Translations under genes and position numbers: made by a program
Shown here: piece after piece, positions 8,837-17,583 of the stretch
Layout of the letters: every line of letters starts with the position of its first letter
Position numbering within the stretch: the stretch's first letter is position 1
Notes under the pieces: model-generated
Told to the model about the DNA's origin: nothing
The model's database searches: none
The model's input: the letters and a program-made list of their open reading frames with translations, nothing else
DNA from: Robiginitomaculum sp.
GTDB taxonomy: Bacteria; Pseudomonadota; Alphaproteobacteria; Caulobacterales; Maricaulaceae
Direction: 5' to 3'
Assembly (NCBI GenBank): GCA_965224805.1
Contig: OZ245063.1
Location: forward strand, 283,212 to 347,211
DNA length: 64,000 nucleotides

Positions 8837-9370
8837 TTAATTTTTGTGTTTAAGTTTTCGTTTTTTAAGTTTTCTATGTTTGCGTTTTTGCTTGCGAGCA
8901 AGGCCTTGTCGCTCTTGGGGTGTTAATTGTTTGAAAATTTCTAAGATCAGCATATCGCCCTGACGCCCCAATGTATCTTTCAAAGCCCGGTTTTTAGCCA
9001 GTTCTGTGTTTAAGGCATCTGCATTTAAAGTATCCGCGCGCAGCAGGGCAATCGTGTGTTTGCGAGATTTTCGCAGTTGAAACAATAAATCATGCGGTGG
9101 GTTGGACGTACCACGGCGTAATTGTTTCATGGCCCCAGCCAAAACTTCTTTACGTCTTACTGGTTCTAAGTGCTGCAGGAGTTGACGCGGGTTATCGCCC
9201 ACAGAGACCAAGGCGGGAGGTGGTATTTGAGAAAACCTTGGTGTGTTCATGTGTAATGCTGATGGTTTTGGGCCGATGTGTTTGGAAAATAGTAATCCGC
9301 CTAGCAAGCCATTAACAGCAACCGAGACGAGCAATACAATAATCCAGGGATTGGTTGATTTTTCGCTCAT
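8837..9370 (-). CDS. membrane-anchored Spy/CpxP/ZraP-family (LTXXQ) periplasmic protein
   Basis: 177 aa with an N-terminal TM helix (WIIVLLVSVAVNGLLGGLLF), a helical body with the LTPQERQ (LTXXQ) motif and a very basic tail. Its start overlaps the stop of the upstream gene (ATGA). Confidence 0.65.
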   Translation of the reverse strand: MSEKSTNPWIIVLLVSVAVNGLLGGLLFSKHIGPKPSALHMNTPRFSQIPPPALVSVGDNPRQLLQHLEPVRRKEVLAGAMKQLRRGTSNPPHDLLFQLRKSRKHTIALLRADTLNADALNTELAKNRALKDTLGRQGDMLILEIFKQLTPQERQGLARKQKRKHRKLKKRKLKHKN

Positions 9371-9867
9371 GGTTGCGCCTCCATATTTTCAGAGACATCA
9401 TAACTTGCCTCTTGGGTGTTATAAGACAGCAAGGTTTCTGCGGCCCAATAATCAGAACGGGGCAGCAAGCTTTGCCCCGCAAAAAATCCAAACCCAATGG
9501 TAATCAGTAAAATTGCGGCCATAGTTTTTATATGGGGTTGTAAAAACCCGAATGTATGCGGCGACGTGTCTGGGGCTAAAAATTGAGTGGGATGGTCATT
9601 GGCGGGTGTTTTAATATAGGGGGTGCTGTCTTGCGGTGTTGATTTTGCAGTTTGCAAAATGCGCGCTGCTAGCAATGTGGTGTCGGTTTCTGGCAGGGCG
9701 GCACTGTCAAGGATTGTATCAAGAATGCGCTCCCCCGCATTTATTTTGGCGGCATGTTCAGGATGTTTATAGGTATAGGCGAGGGCAGCAACGCGCCTCT
9801 CTTCAGGCCAACGCGATGGATGCACCCCGTAACTGGCAATCAGATGTTTGTATTGTTCTTGGGTCAC
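9367..9867 (-). CDS. putative anti-sigma factor (single-pass membrane protein)
   Basis: 166 aa. The cytoplasmic N-terminal part is LIASYGVHPSRWPEERRVAA..., and there is one TM helix (MAAILLITIGFGFFAG). It has 4-nt overlaps with both the ECF sigma gene upstream and the LTXXQ gene downstream. Confidence 0.5.
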   Translation of the reverse strand: MTQEQYKHLIASYGVHPSRWPEERRVAALAYTYKHPEHAAKINAGERILDTILDSAALPETDTTLLAARILQTAKSTPQDSTPYIKTPANDHPTQFLAPDTSPHTFGFLQPHIKTMAAILLITIGFGFFAGQSLLPRSDYWAAETLLSYNTQEASYDVSENMEAQP

Positions 9868-10445
9868 AAATTTTCTCCCATACCGCTAAGTAGTTTTGTC
9901 TTATGTGGTTTTAAGTGTTTGCGCAAATTTTGTCGGCCCCGTGCAAGCAAGCTTTCATAGGCGTGGGGTGTAATCTCCATAATCTGCGCCGCGTCATATT
10001 GTGATTTATTTTGGTAATGACAAAGTATGATCGCCACATGTTGACGCTTGGGTAATTTGGTAAGGGCTTTGCGAATATGTTGTGTTTGCGTAAGTGCTGT
10101 TTCTTGGTTGATAATATTATCAATAGCATTGGGCGCACTGTCGACTATGTCAGGCAAATTGTCTGGATATATATCTTGTTTTTTACGCAGACGGTCATAA
10201 CACAGGTTTTTTGCGACGCGGTGGAGCCAGGTTGAAAACTTTGCTGTGCCGCTTTGCCAACGGGGTGCATGTTTCCATGCTTTGATAAATACGTCTTGAG
10301 CAATATCTTCAGCCATCATTTCGTCCCCCAACATATACAGTGCAAGCGATTTAATGGCGTGCAGATGCCGCGCCATTAACATATCAAGCGCACGGGCCTC
10401 GCCTTTGGCAAGGTTGCTGATAATGTCTGCATCTGGATCAAGCAT
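9864..10445 (-). CDS. ECF-type RNA polymerase sigma-70 factor
   Basis: Region 2 (DIAQDVFIKAWKHAPRW...FSTWLHRVAKNLCYDRLRKK) and region 4 (LPKRQHVAIILCHYQNKSQYDAAQIMEITPHAYESLLARGRQNLRK) are both present. The tracked ORF extends to 10493, but a hairpin abuts that ATG, so ATG 10445 (MLDPDADIISNL) is favoured. Confidence 0.8.
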   Translation of the reverse strand: MLDPDADIISNLAKGEARALDMLMARHLHAIKSLALYMLGDEMMAEDIAQDVFIKAWKHAPRWQSGTAKFSTWLHRVAKNLCYDRLRKKQDIYPDNLPDIVDSAPNAIDNIINQETALTQTQHIRKALTKLPKRQHVAIILCHYQNKSQYDAAQIMEITPHAYESLLARGRQNLRKHLKPHKTKLLSGMGENL

Positions 10446-10493
10446 TTTGGCTGGGCCCAGACATATTGCATAGTGCCATATCTGTTTATCCAT

Positions 10494-10525
10494 AAAGGCG
10501 GCAATTATTATCGTTCGCCGCCTTT
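10494..10525 (-). terminator. hairpin downstream of the EF-hand gene (weak terminator)
   Basis: AAAGGCGGC-N14-GCCGCCTTT, a 9-bp perfect stem. On the minus strand it follows the EF-hand gene stop and is followed only by TTTAT. Confidence 0.4.
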
Positions 10526-10538
10526 ATAAGACAGTGTG

Positions 10539-11093
10539 TTACTTGTGACCAGAGCGTTTGTTTTTGTGCTTGTTTTTACGAAGCGGACGGTCTGCTTGTG
10601 ACAATACACCGTCATTATTGGCGTCCATTTTGGTGAACGTATCATTGGCTCTGACGTCAAATTCAGCCCGGTCGATAAACCCGTCTTGGTTTGTGTCGGC
10701 GGGTTTCGCATTTTTATGCAAGCGGGCGTGTTTGCGCTTCATGTGTTTTTTCATTTTGCGCATTTTGGGTTTAGGGTTTGCGCGCACGGCTGCAAATTCG
10801 GTGCGGGAAATGAAATTATCTGAATTTGCGTCGAGTTTATCAAACCGCATAGTGGCACGCTGCGCCCGCATTGTTTGTTTGTGGGCTGTGCGCTCTTCCT
10901 TGCTAAGGCGTCCATCCGCATTCGTATCGACCGCTTGGAAGCGTTGATTGTGTTGTGTGTTAAATTCCGCGCGGCTGACTTCGCCGTTTTGGTCGGTATC
11001 CGCCTTTTTATGGTGCGGGCCCGCGAAGGCCGTAACTGAGATTGTTGCACCAAGGCAGAGGGCTGTTACGCCCAAGATAAGTTTATGCGTCAT
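10539..11093 (-). CDS. secreted multi-EF-hand calcium-binding protein
   Basis: 184 aa with a signal peptide (LILGVTALCLGATISVTAFA) and five EF-hand loops: DTDQNGEVSRAEF, DTNADGRLSKEE, DANSDNFISRTEF, DTNQDGFIDRAEF and DANNDGVLSQAD. Confidence 0.85.
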   Translation of the reverse strand: MTHKLILGVTALCLGATISVTAFAGPHHKKADTDQNGEVSRAEFNTQHNQRFQAVDTNADGRLSKEERTAHKQTMRAQRATMRFDKLDANSDNFISRTEFAAVRANPKPKMRKMKKHMKRKHARLHKNAKPADTNQDGFIDRAEFDVRANDTFTKMDANNDGVLSQADRPLRKNKHKNKRSGHK

Positions 11094-11156
11094 GATTGCT
11101 CCTTTTGTTGACGTTCATATATTAAACGGTCAGCAAAAGGATTTCCGTCGCATTAA

Positions 11157-11873
11157 TTAAGCTGCGGCTGTCTTTTTTTCAACACGGCGTGTTTCAACGC
11201 GTAAACTTTCCAGTAATGTTGGGGCAAGTGCCAACGCATCGTCTGCATTTTCTAAAATGCCGCCGAGGGCAGGGACTGCGCCTAAAAATTCGCCTACGGT
11301 TCCCGCAAAAAGTTCGTAGGTTTCAAAGCTCTGTTCTTCATCACCCGTGACCAGCATAAGCGGATCAAATTTTGGTGCGCGGGCGCGGATAGCATCGAGC
11401 ATCCAATAGGCGCGCATAAATAGATTTTTATGTGCCGAATAACCTAGCAAAGCCGTATCTGCAGCCCCTGCGAGCCGGACATGTGCGGGTGTGCAGCCTG
11501 CTGGCGTAGCAACAAATACCCAGTCATAATGAAGAGACATGGCGGCAAAAGAGCCAAGCAAATCTTCCAAAGATGCGTCGCCTGCATAAGCGGCTGTAAA
11601 ATGCTCATTATGGGAAATATATTTAGCGTCGCTGATTTTTGCGTCTCTATACAGTACATCCCCCAGGGTAACGCCGTGTATAATCCCCGCAGCGCGCATT
11701 AATGTCCCGCCAATAACATCGAGCATCAGCACGGTTTCTCCGCGCGCAGCCGCAGCCTTGGCCAGTCCCAATGTGGTATTTACAATTAAATCTGTGCCGA
11801 GTTCTTCTGTGTGCGCGCCAAACACAGGAATAAGGCGGCCCGTAGACCGATTTTTATTTAACATTCCATTCAC
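11157..11873 (-). CDS. MinD/FlhG/ParA-like protein with a degenerate P-loop
   Basis: 238 aa. The overall spacing resembles MinD/FlhG (VLMLDVIGG..., YDWVFVATPAG..., ADTALLGYSAHKNLFMRAYWMLDAI). However, the deviant Walker A position reads VFGAHTEELGTD rather than xKGGxGK[ST]. Confidence 0.55.
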   Translation of the reverse strand: MNGMLNKNRSTGRLIPVFGAHTEELGTDLIVNTTLGLAKAAAARGETVLMLDVIGGTLMRAAGIIHGVTLGDVLYRDAKISDAKYISHNEHFTAAYAGDASLEDLLGSFAAMSLHYDWVFVATPAGCTPAHVRLAGAADTALLGYSAHKNLFMRAYWMLDAIRARAPKFDPLMLVTGDEEQSFETYELFAGTVGEFLGAVPALGGILENADDALALAPTLLESLRVETRRVEKKTAAA

Positions 11874-12103
11874 CCAATTAACGCTCTCTACGGAGCGGTT
11901 TATAAGAGCTAATATAGCGGATAGGTTTTAAGAAATGTCTAAGAATAAAAAATAAATCAATGAAAACATATGGTTAAGAAGAATGAATACATATAGTTAA
12001 TCAACTCTATACTGTACATATATTTCATACTTGCCCGGTGAGTGCAGATGAATTGTCATGAAATTTTGGATTTAACTCGTCAATAAAGTGAGCCGAGCAC
12101 AGC

Positions 12104-12376
12104 CTAGCGGTATTGTTGTACCCGTGTTGTACGAAGCCCAGAAATACCGTGGGATTCGATGGAGCGTTGCCACGCCATAAATTCTTCAGCTGACAAGCCG
12201 TAACGCTCGCACGCACCGTCTAAGGTCAATAACCCGCCGCGTACAGCAGCAACAACTTCAGCTTTCCTGCGAATAACCCAACGTACCGTGTCTGGTTTTG
12301 GCAGGTTTGACAGTGTTAATGGTGTGCCCTCAGGCCCAATCACGACATTCTCTCTTTTCATCATTGTCTCTACCAC
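12104..12376 (-). CDS. sciP: SciP, small CtrA-inhibitory protein (DUF1153)
   Basis: 90 aa. VIGPEGTPLTLSNLPKPDTVRWVIRRKAEVVAAVRGGLLTLDGACERYGLSAEEFMAWQRSIESHGISGLRTTRVQQYR matches the SciP/DUF1153 family along its whole length. Confidence 0.85.
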   Translation of the reverse strand: MVETMMKRENVVIGPEGTPLTLSNLPKPDTVRWVIRRKAEVVAAVRGGLLTLDGACERYGLSAEEFMAWQRSIESHGISGLRTTRVQQYR

Positions 12377-12528
12377 TCCAGCCCATTTTTTTTATTTGAA
12401 GTGACGTTGTATAGGACGGGAGTTAAAAACCTCCTAACGATCAAAGAAAATATTCAATTAAATCAATTGTTTACAAAGGTTAACGGAAGGGAATATAGTT
12501 AAGAAATACTTGCGAAATTTCTAGTGAA

Positions 12529-12546
12529 TTGATTCTATTGATTCTT
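12529..12546. repeat. tandem 9-mer, each copy carrying a GANTC site, in the sciP/mnmA divergent intergenic region
   Basis: TTGATTCTA TTGATTCTT, with GATTC at 12531-12535 and 12540-12544. Confidence 0.5.
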
Positions 12547-12622
12547 TTTATTGACCAATTCTTAACGCCGTGTCACTGCCCCCATAAAAGAAACTGTACG
12601 CCACACCTCGACTCGTGGGTGA

Positions 12623-13807
12623 TTGCACCCTATTTACACATTTATGTTGGCCAAAACCGCAAAACCTGTGCCCAATTCCTTAAATTCATTAGGATTTGCC
12701 AAAGCACCAAAAGACACACGTGTCGTTGTCGCCATGTCAGGCGGGGTGGATAGCTCTGTTTGTGCGGCTATGTTGAGTGAGCAGGGTTATGACGTAATCG
12801 GCATCACTTTGCAGCTTTATGACCACGGGGCAGCGGTAAAATCGACCAAGGCGTGCTGTGCGGGCCAAGATATATATGATGCCAAGCGCGTGGCCGAAAC
12901 TCACGGGTTCCCACATTATGTGCTCGATTACGAAAGTAAATTTAACGACGGGGTGATGGATGATTTTGCCGATACATATTTGAAAGGCGCAACGCCTATT
13001 CCGTGCATAAGGTGTAACCAGACGGTCAAGTTTAGAGATTTGTTGCAGGTGGCCAAAGACCTCGGCGCGGACTGTATGGCGACGGGGCATTATGTGCGCC
13101 GTATCGATAATGAAGACAGGGCGGAACTGCACCGCGCCGTAGACGAGAGCAAAGATCAATCCTATTTCCTGTTCACCACCACCCAAGAACAATTGGGTTT
13201 CTTGCGCTTTCCTTTGGGCGGGCAAGATAAATCCGTTACCCGCAAAATGGCCATAGAGCTTGGACTGTCGGTAGCTAGCAAGCCTGACAGCCAAGATATC
13301 TGTTTTGTGCCCACGGGCAAATATACCGACGTGATAAAAAAACTACGCCCAGACGCGGCTGATCCTGGCGAAGTGCTGCATGTGGACGGGCGAGTGCTCG
13401 GCATACACGAAGGCATTATGCACTATACAATCGGCCAAAGGCGCGGCCTTGGTATCCCCGACGGTAGCGGTCAAGACCCGCTCTATGTATTGCGCCTAGA
13501 CGCTACTAAAAAACAAGTCATTGTTGGCCCCCGTAAAAAACTGCTAAAATCGCGCATCTATATAAAAGAGGTGAATTGGCTCGGCACAGATATGTTTGGT
13601 GCAAATTTGGGCGGCACCGCCATCATGGTAAAAACCCGCTCCATGCGCCCGCCAGTGGCCGCAAAGTTTGTACTTGTCGGCAACGAAATTGTCATCGACT
13701 TGGACGAGCCAATGGAAAGCATAGCACCAGGCCAAGCCTGCGTATTTTACAACGCCAAAACCCCGTCCCATGTATTGGGTGGTGCATGGATTACAAAGTC
13801 TGAATAA
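12623..13807 (+). CDS. mnmA: tRNA 2-thiouridine(34) synthase MnmA
   Basis: 394 aa with the PP-loop [34 protein letters not shown] and CFVPTG. An alternative start is ATG 12644. Confidence 0.9.
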   Translation: MHPIYTFMLAKTAKPVPNSLNSLGFAKAPKDTRVVVAMSGGVDSSVCAAMLSEQGYDVIGITLQLYDHGAAVKSTKACCAGQDIYDAKRVAETHGFPHYVLDYESKFNDGVMDDFADTYLKGATPIPCIRCNQTVKFRDLLQVAKDLGADCMATGHYVRRIDNEDRAELHRAVDESKDQSYFLFTTTQEQLGFLRFPLGGQDKSVTRKMAIELGLSVASKPDSQDICFVPTGKYTDVIKKLRPDAADPGEVLHVDGRVLGIHEGIMHYTIGQRRGLGIPDGSGQDPLYVLRLDATKKQVIVGPRKKLLKSRIYIKEVNWLGTDMFGANLGGTAIMVKTRSMRPPVAAKFVLVGNEIVIDLDEPMESIAPGQACVFYNAKTPSHVLGGAWITKSE

Positions 13808-13810
13808 TCG

Positions 13811-14050
13811 GGGCGGGTGAGAACATCCTAACCTCTCCCTCACTACCCAGCCCAAGTCCCGCACCTCCCTCGTCCCTGCACTTCCTTTAAGTCCCCGCAC
13901 TTGATGCGGGGGCCATACAATGTCTGTGCAGTGCTTTTTATCAACAGTGTATGGACCACGGGTCAAGCCCGAGGACTGTGGTTGGTGATGATGTGTCAGT
14001 TTACTGCATACTCTCTCCTCTGTCATCCCAGACTTGATCTGGGATCTCGT
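13811..14050. repeat. composite REP-like palindromic element cluster
   Basis: Hairpins CCCCGCActtgaTGCGGGG (13893-13911) and TCCCAGActtgaTCTGGGA (14026-14044) share the loop CTTGA. The 5' part (GGGTGAG...CCTAACCTCTCCCTCAC) resembles arms of the element at 36784-36904. Confidence 0.55.
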
Positions 14051-14180
14051 GGTATTGGTGTGTAAGTCATGAAACACAAGATTTTAGCCCATGTTAGCAT
14101 GATAGAAATACCCTAAAGCGATCATTGAAATCCTGTAATGACCCGACTATAGATAACTTTCAATTTTATGAGGAATTTTT

Positions 14181-15362
14181 ATGTCATCTGATCCTGTTGT
14201 TATTGTTGGTCTTGCGCGTACGCCTATGGCGGCGTTTCAAGGGGAATTTGCGGGCGTGTCTGCGCCTGAGCTTGGTGCGGCGGTGATTGGCGGGGCTTTG
14301 GATGAAAGTGGTATTGCCAAAGATGACGTCGAGCAAATATTTATGGGCTGTGTTTTGCCTGCGGGACAAGGGCAAGCCCCTGCGCGGCAAGCGGCTTTGA
14401 AAGCGGGACTGTCTTTGAATTGTGAAGCGGCCACCATCAACAAAATGTGTGGTTCTGCTATGCAGGCCGCTATTATGGCCCACGACGCTATCAAGGCGGG
14501 GAGTGCCAATATTATTGTGGCGGGCGGTATGGAGAATATGACGGACGCGCCTTATGTTTTGCCAAAAGCGCGGGGCGGCTATAGAATGGGCAATGGGCAA
14601 ATTATTGACACTATGATGCATGACGGTTTGACCGATGCCTACGTCGGCGGGCCGATGGGAAATTTTGCCGATATGATAGCAGAGGAATATCAATTTACCC
14701 GCGAGGCTCAAGACGCATATGCCATCGAGTCTGTTTCTCGCGCGAGGCGAGCTGTAGAGAGCGGAGATTTTGACCGTGAAATCACGCCCGTCACCGTGAA
14801 AACCCGCAAAGGTGATGTGGTGGTTTCACTAGACGCTGGCCCAAAAAATGCGCGGCCTGAAAAAATTCCAAATTTGCGGGCCGTATTTAGCAAAGACGGC
14901 ACAGTTACGGCGGCCAATGCTAGCTCTATCAATGACGGGGCGGCTGCGCTTGTTTTGATGACAAAATCCGAAGCCGAAAAGCGTGGTCTAAAAATTCTTG
15001 CAGAGATTAAAGCTCACGCCGCTCACGCCCATGAACCTGCCTATTTCACCACGGCCCCCGTTCACGCTATGAACAAATGTTTGGACAAGGCAGGGTGGAG
15101 CAAAGACGAAATTGACCTGTGGGAAATCAACGAAGCCTTCGCCGTTGTCCCGATGATTGCCATGCGCGACATGGAGCTTGACCACGCCAAAGTCAATGTA
15201 AACGGTGGGGCGTGTGTGCTCGGCCATCCTATCGGCGCAAGCGGCGCGCGCATTATGGCAACTCTGATTGCCGCGATGGAAAAACGCGGCGCAACCAAAG
15301 GGATTGCGTCTCTGTGCATTGGCGGCGGTGAGGCCACTGCCATTGCTTTGGAGCGGGTTTAA
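14181..15362 (+). CDS. acetyl-CoA C-acetyltransferase (thiolase II)
   Basis: 393 aa with the catalytic Cys context INKMCGSAMQA, NVNGGACVLGHPIGASGARI and CIGGGEA. Confidence 0.9.
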   Translation: MSSDPVVIVGLARTPMAAFQGEFAGVSAPELGAAVIGGALDESGIAKDDVEQIFMGCVLPAGQGQAPARQAALKAGLSLNCEAATINKMCGSAMQAAIMAHDAIKAGSANIIVAGGMENMTDAPYVLPKARGGYRMGNGQIIDTMMHDGLTDAYVGGPMGNFADMIAEEYQFTREAQDAYAIESVSRARRAVESGDFDREITPVTVKTRKGDVVVSLDAGPKNARPEKIPNLRAVFSKDGTVTAANASSINDGAAALVLMTKSEAEKRGLKILAEIKAHAAHAHEPAYFTTAPVHAMNKCLDKAGWSKDEIDLWEINEAFAVVPMIAMRDMELDHAKVNVNGGACVLGHPIGASGARIMATLIAAMEKRGATKGIASLCIGGGEATAIALERV

Positions 15363-15365
15363 AAT

Positions 15366-15794
15366 ATGGCCCTGACCACCGAGACGAAAGGCGAATTTAA
15401 AGGCTGGAAAACCTGGACGAATGAAGCTTTTGAAAACTTCGTCGCAGGCCCGTTTTACTTTACCGAGGACGAACACGGGCCAAAATGCGCATTTCGGGTG
15501 GAATCAAAACACCTCAATGCGGGCGGGGTTGTCCACGGCGGTTGCATGATGACCTTTGCCGATTTTTCCCTCTTTGCCATCGCCCATAATGACATGGAAG
15601 GCCTGCACGGAGTGACTGTATCATTTGCATCCGAGTTTATGCGCGGGCCTGTTGTGGGTGACCTTGTTGAGGCACGCGGCGAAGTCCTGCGCGCTGGTGG
15701 TTCTCTTGTATTCATACGCGGTATTTTAAGCGTAAAAGGCCAAGCCTGTTTGAATTATTCAGGTACAATTAAAAAGATCAGACCTAGGAAATGA
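15366..15794 (+). CDS. PaaI-family hotdog-fold thioesterase
   Basis: 142 aa. HLNAGGVVHGGCMMTFAD and GSLVFIRGIL are typical of PaaI/4HBT thioesterases. It starts 3 nt after the thiolase stop. Confidence 0.7.
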   Translation: MALTTETKGEFKGWKTWTNEAFENFVAGPFYFTEDEHGPKCAFRVESKHLNAGGVVHGGCMMTFADFSLFAIAHNDMEGLHGVTVSFASEFMRGPVVGDLVEARGEVLRAGGSLVFIRGILSVKGQACLNYSGTIKKIRPRK

Positions 15795-15810
15795 TCCCAC
15801 TTGATCTGGG
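15795..15810. repeat. degenerate copy of the CTTGA-loop REP hairpin
   Basis: TCCCAcTTGATCTGGG compared with TCCCAGACTTGATCTGGGA at 14026-14044. It lies directly after the thioesterase stop. Confidence 0.4.
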
Positions 15811-15843
15811 TTTGAATCCTTGTATTGTCGGGCTAACGGGGAG

Positions 15844-16899
15844 ATGAAGATGCGTGTATTTATATTATTGCTAACGACCTTACTATTGGGCGCATGTGGG
15901 CGCGGGGTTGATACGCCAGTTTCTTCTTCGGCGACGCCTCACGTTGAAAAAACAATACCGACTGCTGTAGTGAAAGACAAACCTGTTGTCGGCGTGGGGC
16001 GGATGATCCCCATTACCACGCCCAAAGGGGAATTCAAAGTTTGGACGAAAAAAATAGGCGATAATCCGACGATTAAAGTCCTGCTCCTACACGGCGGCCC
16101 TGCCATGACCCACGAAATTTACGAGATTTTTGACGACCGTTTCCCAGACGCAGGTATAGAATTTTATTTTTATGACCAGCTTGGCTCATATTTCTCAGAT
16201 CAACCAGATGAACCAACGCTTTGGACAACCGAACGATTTGTTGATGAAGTTGAACAGGTTCGCCAAGCTTTAGGTCTCGGCCCCGATAATTTTTACCTGT
16301 TTGGCCAGTCTTGGGGCGGGATGCTCGCCATAGAATATGCACTTGCTCATCAAGACAAGCTCAAAGGCCTGATAATTTCTAACATGATGGCCAGTATCCC
16401 AGAGTATAATGACTTTGCCGCAAATGTTTTGATGGCCAAAATGGACCCAGCGGTTTTAGCAGAATTAAAGGCGTTTGAGGCAGCTAAAGATTACGCCAAT
16501 CCGCGCTATATGGAGCTTTTGATCGAGCATCATTATGTTTATCATATTTTGCGGATACCCTTTGATAAATGGCCGGACGCTATCGACCGCGCTTTTAATC
16601 ACCTGAATGCAGATATTTATGTCCCTATGCAGGGGCCAAGCGAGCTTGGTGCTAGCGGCATTCTAGGCGATTGGGATCGCCGTGCTGATTTGAAAAAAAT
16701 TACCGTGCCAACGCTTATTATAGGCGCGACTTATGACACAATGGATCCAAAACATATGCAGTGGATGTCCACCCAAGTGCAAAATGGTCGTTTTCACCTC
16801 TGTCCCAATGGTTCACACCTGTCCCAATATGACGACACAGATAATTTCTTTGCAGGCCTCATTGATTTCATAAAAGATGTTGATAGCGGCGAGTTTTAG
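15844..16899 (+). CDS. proline iminopeptidase-family alpha/beta hydrolase, lipoprotein
   Basis: ATG 15844 follows GGGGAG. It has a lipobox (LLLGAC), the oxyanion motif LLLHGGPAMTHE and the nucleophile elbow GQSWGG. The ORF track starts earlier at TTG 15820. Confidence 0.75.
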   Translation: MKMRVFILLLTTLLLGACGRGVDTPVSSSATPHVEKTIPTAVVKDKPVVGVGRMIPITTPKGEFKVWTKKIGDNPTIKVLLLHGGPAMTHEIYEIFDDRFPDAGIEFYFYDQLGSYFSDQPDEPTLWTTERFVDEVEQVRQALGLGPDNFYLFGQSWGGMLAIEYALAHQDKLKGLIISNMMASIPEYNDFAANVLMAKMDPAVLAELKAFEAAKDYANPRYMELLIEHHYVYHILRIPFDKWPDAIDRAFNHLNADIYVPMQGPSELGASGILGDWDRRADLKKITVPTLIIGATYDTMDPKHMQWMSTQVQNGRFHLCPNGSHLSQYDDTDNFFAGLIDFIKDVDSGEF

Positions 16900-16969
16900 G
16901 GGTTTTAGAACTCACAGTCTAGCCCTTGAAAATAATACAAAAAAACCTGTAAAAACACGCAGTAACCTG

Positions 16970-16998
16970 TTGACGTTTCCGATTCGCCAAACTATGTT
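16970..16998 (+). promoter_or_regulatory. sigma-70-like promoter for the str operon
   Basis: TTGACG (16970-16975), 17-nt spacer, TATGTT (16993-16998). This would give a leader of about 195 nt before rpsL. Confidence 0.4.
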
Positions 16999-17200
16999 GC
17001 GCGCTCATCAGGGAATTGACCGTCGGTTCTTAAGTTCCGAGACCCTTTTTCTGTTGTGACTAAAAGAGATTTTCGCTTTGTTTTTCGAATATTCGAGGGA
17101 TAGGGCTTTGTGTGCAGGAGATTTGTTGGCCTCTTTCGTGGGCGGACAGGGTTTTTTGTGCGTTTTGTATTTGAAGTAAATTGTAAGTAAGAGAACGTTT

Positions 17201-17572
17201 ATGCCTACAGTACAGCAACTTATTCGGAAGCCCCGGACACCAAAACCAAAGCGGAACAAGGTTCCTGCTATGCAAGCATGCCCGCAAAAGCGTGGTGTCT
17301 GCACACGGGTTTACACAACCACCCCGAAAAAGCCGAACTCGGCCCTTCGTAAAGTGGCTAAAGTGCGCCTAACCAATGGTTTTGAAGTTGTGAGCTATAT
17401 TCCGGGCGAAGGCCATAATCTGCAAGAGCATAGTGTTGTGCTTATTCGCGGTGGTCGGGTCAAGGATTTACCGGGTGTTCGCTATCATGTTCTTCGCGGT
17501 GTCTTGGATACGCAAGGCGTTAAAGATCGTCGTCAACGTCGTTCCAAATACGGCGCTAAGCGTCCTAAGTAA
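17201..17572 (+). CDS. rpsL: 30S ribosomal protein S12
   Basis: 123 aa. [12 protein letters not shown]...[18 protein letters not shown] is canonical S12. Confidence 0.98.
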   Translation: MPTVQQLIRKPRTPKPKRNKVPAMQACPQKRGVCTRVYTTTPKKPNSALRKVAKVRLTNGFEVVSYIPGEGHNLQEHSVVLIRGGRVKDLPGVRYHVLRGVLDTQGVKDRRQRRSKYGAKRPK

Positions 17573-17583
17573 GGGTATATATT

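Noticed and set aside
13544-14077. 177-aa minus-strand ORF spanning the mnmA 3' end and the repeat cluster
   Set aside because: It overlaps the well-supported mnmA gene and then runs through REP-like palindromes, which commonly create spurious ORFs. No motifs are present.
17008-17304. 98-aa minus-strand ORF over the rpsL leader and start
   Set aside because: It overlaps the canonical rpsL start and the predicted str promoter leader. It has no RBS or motif support.
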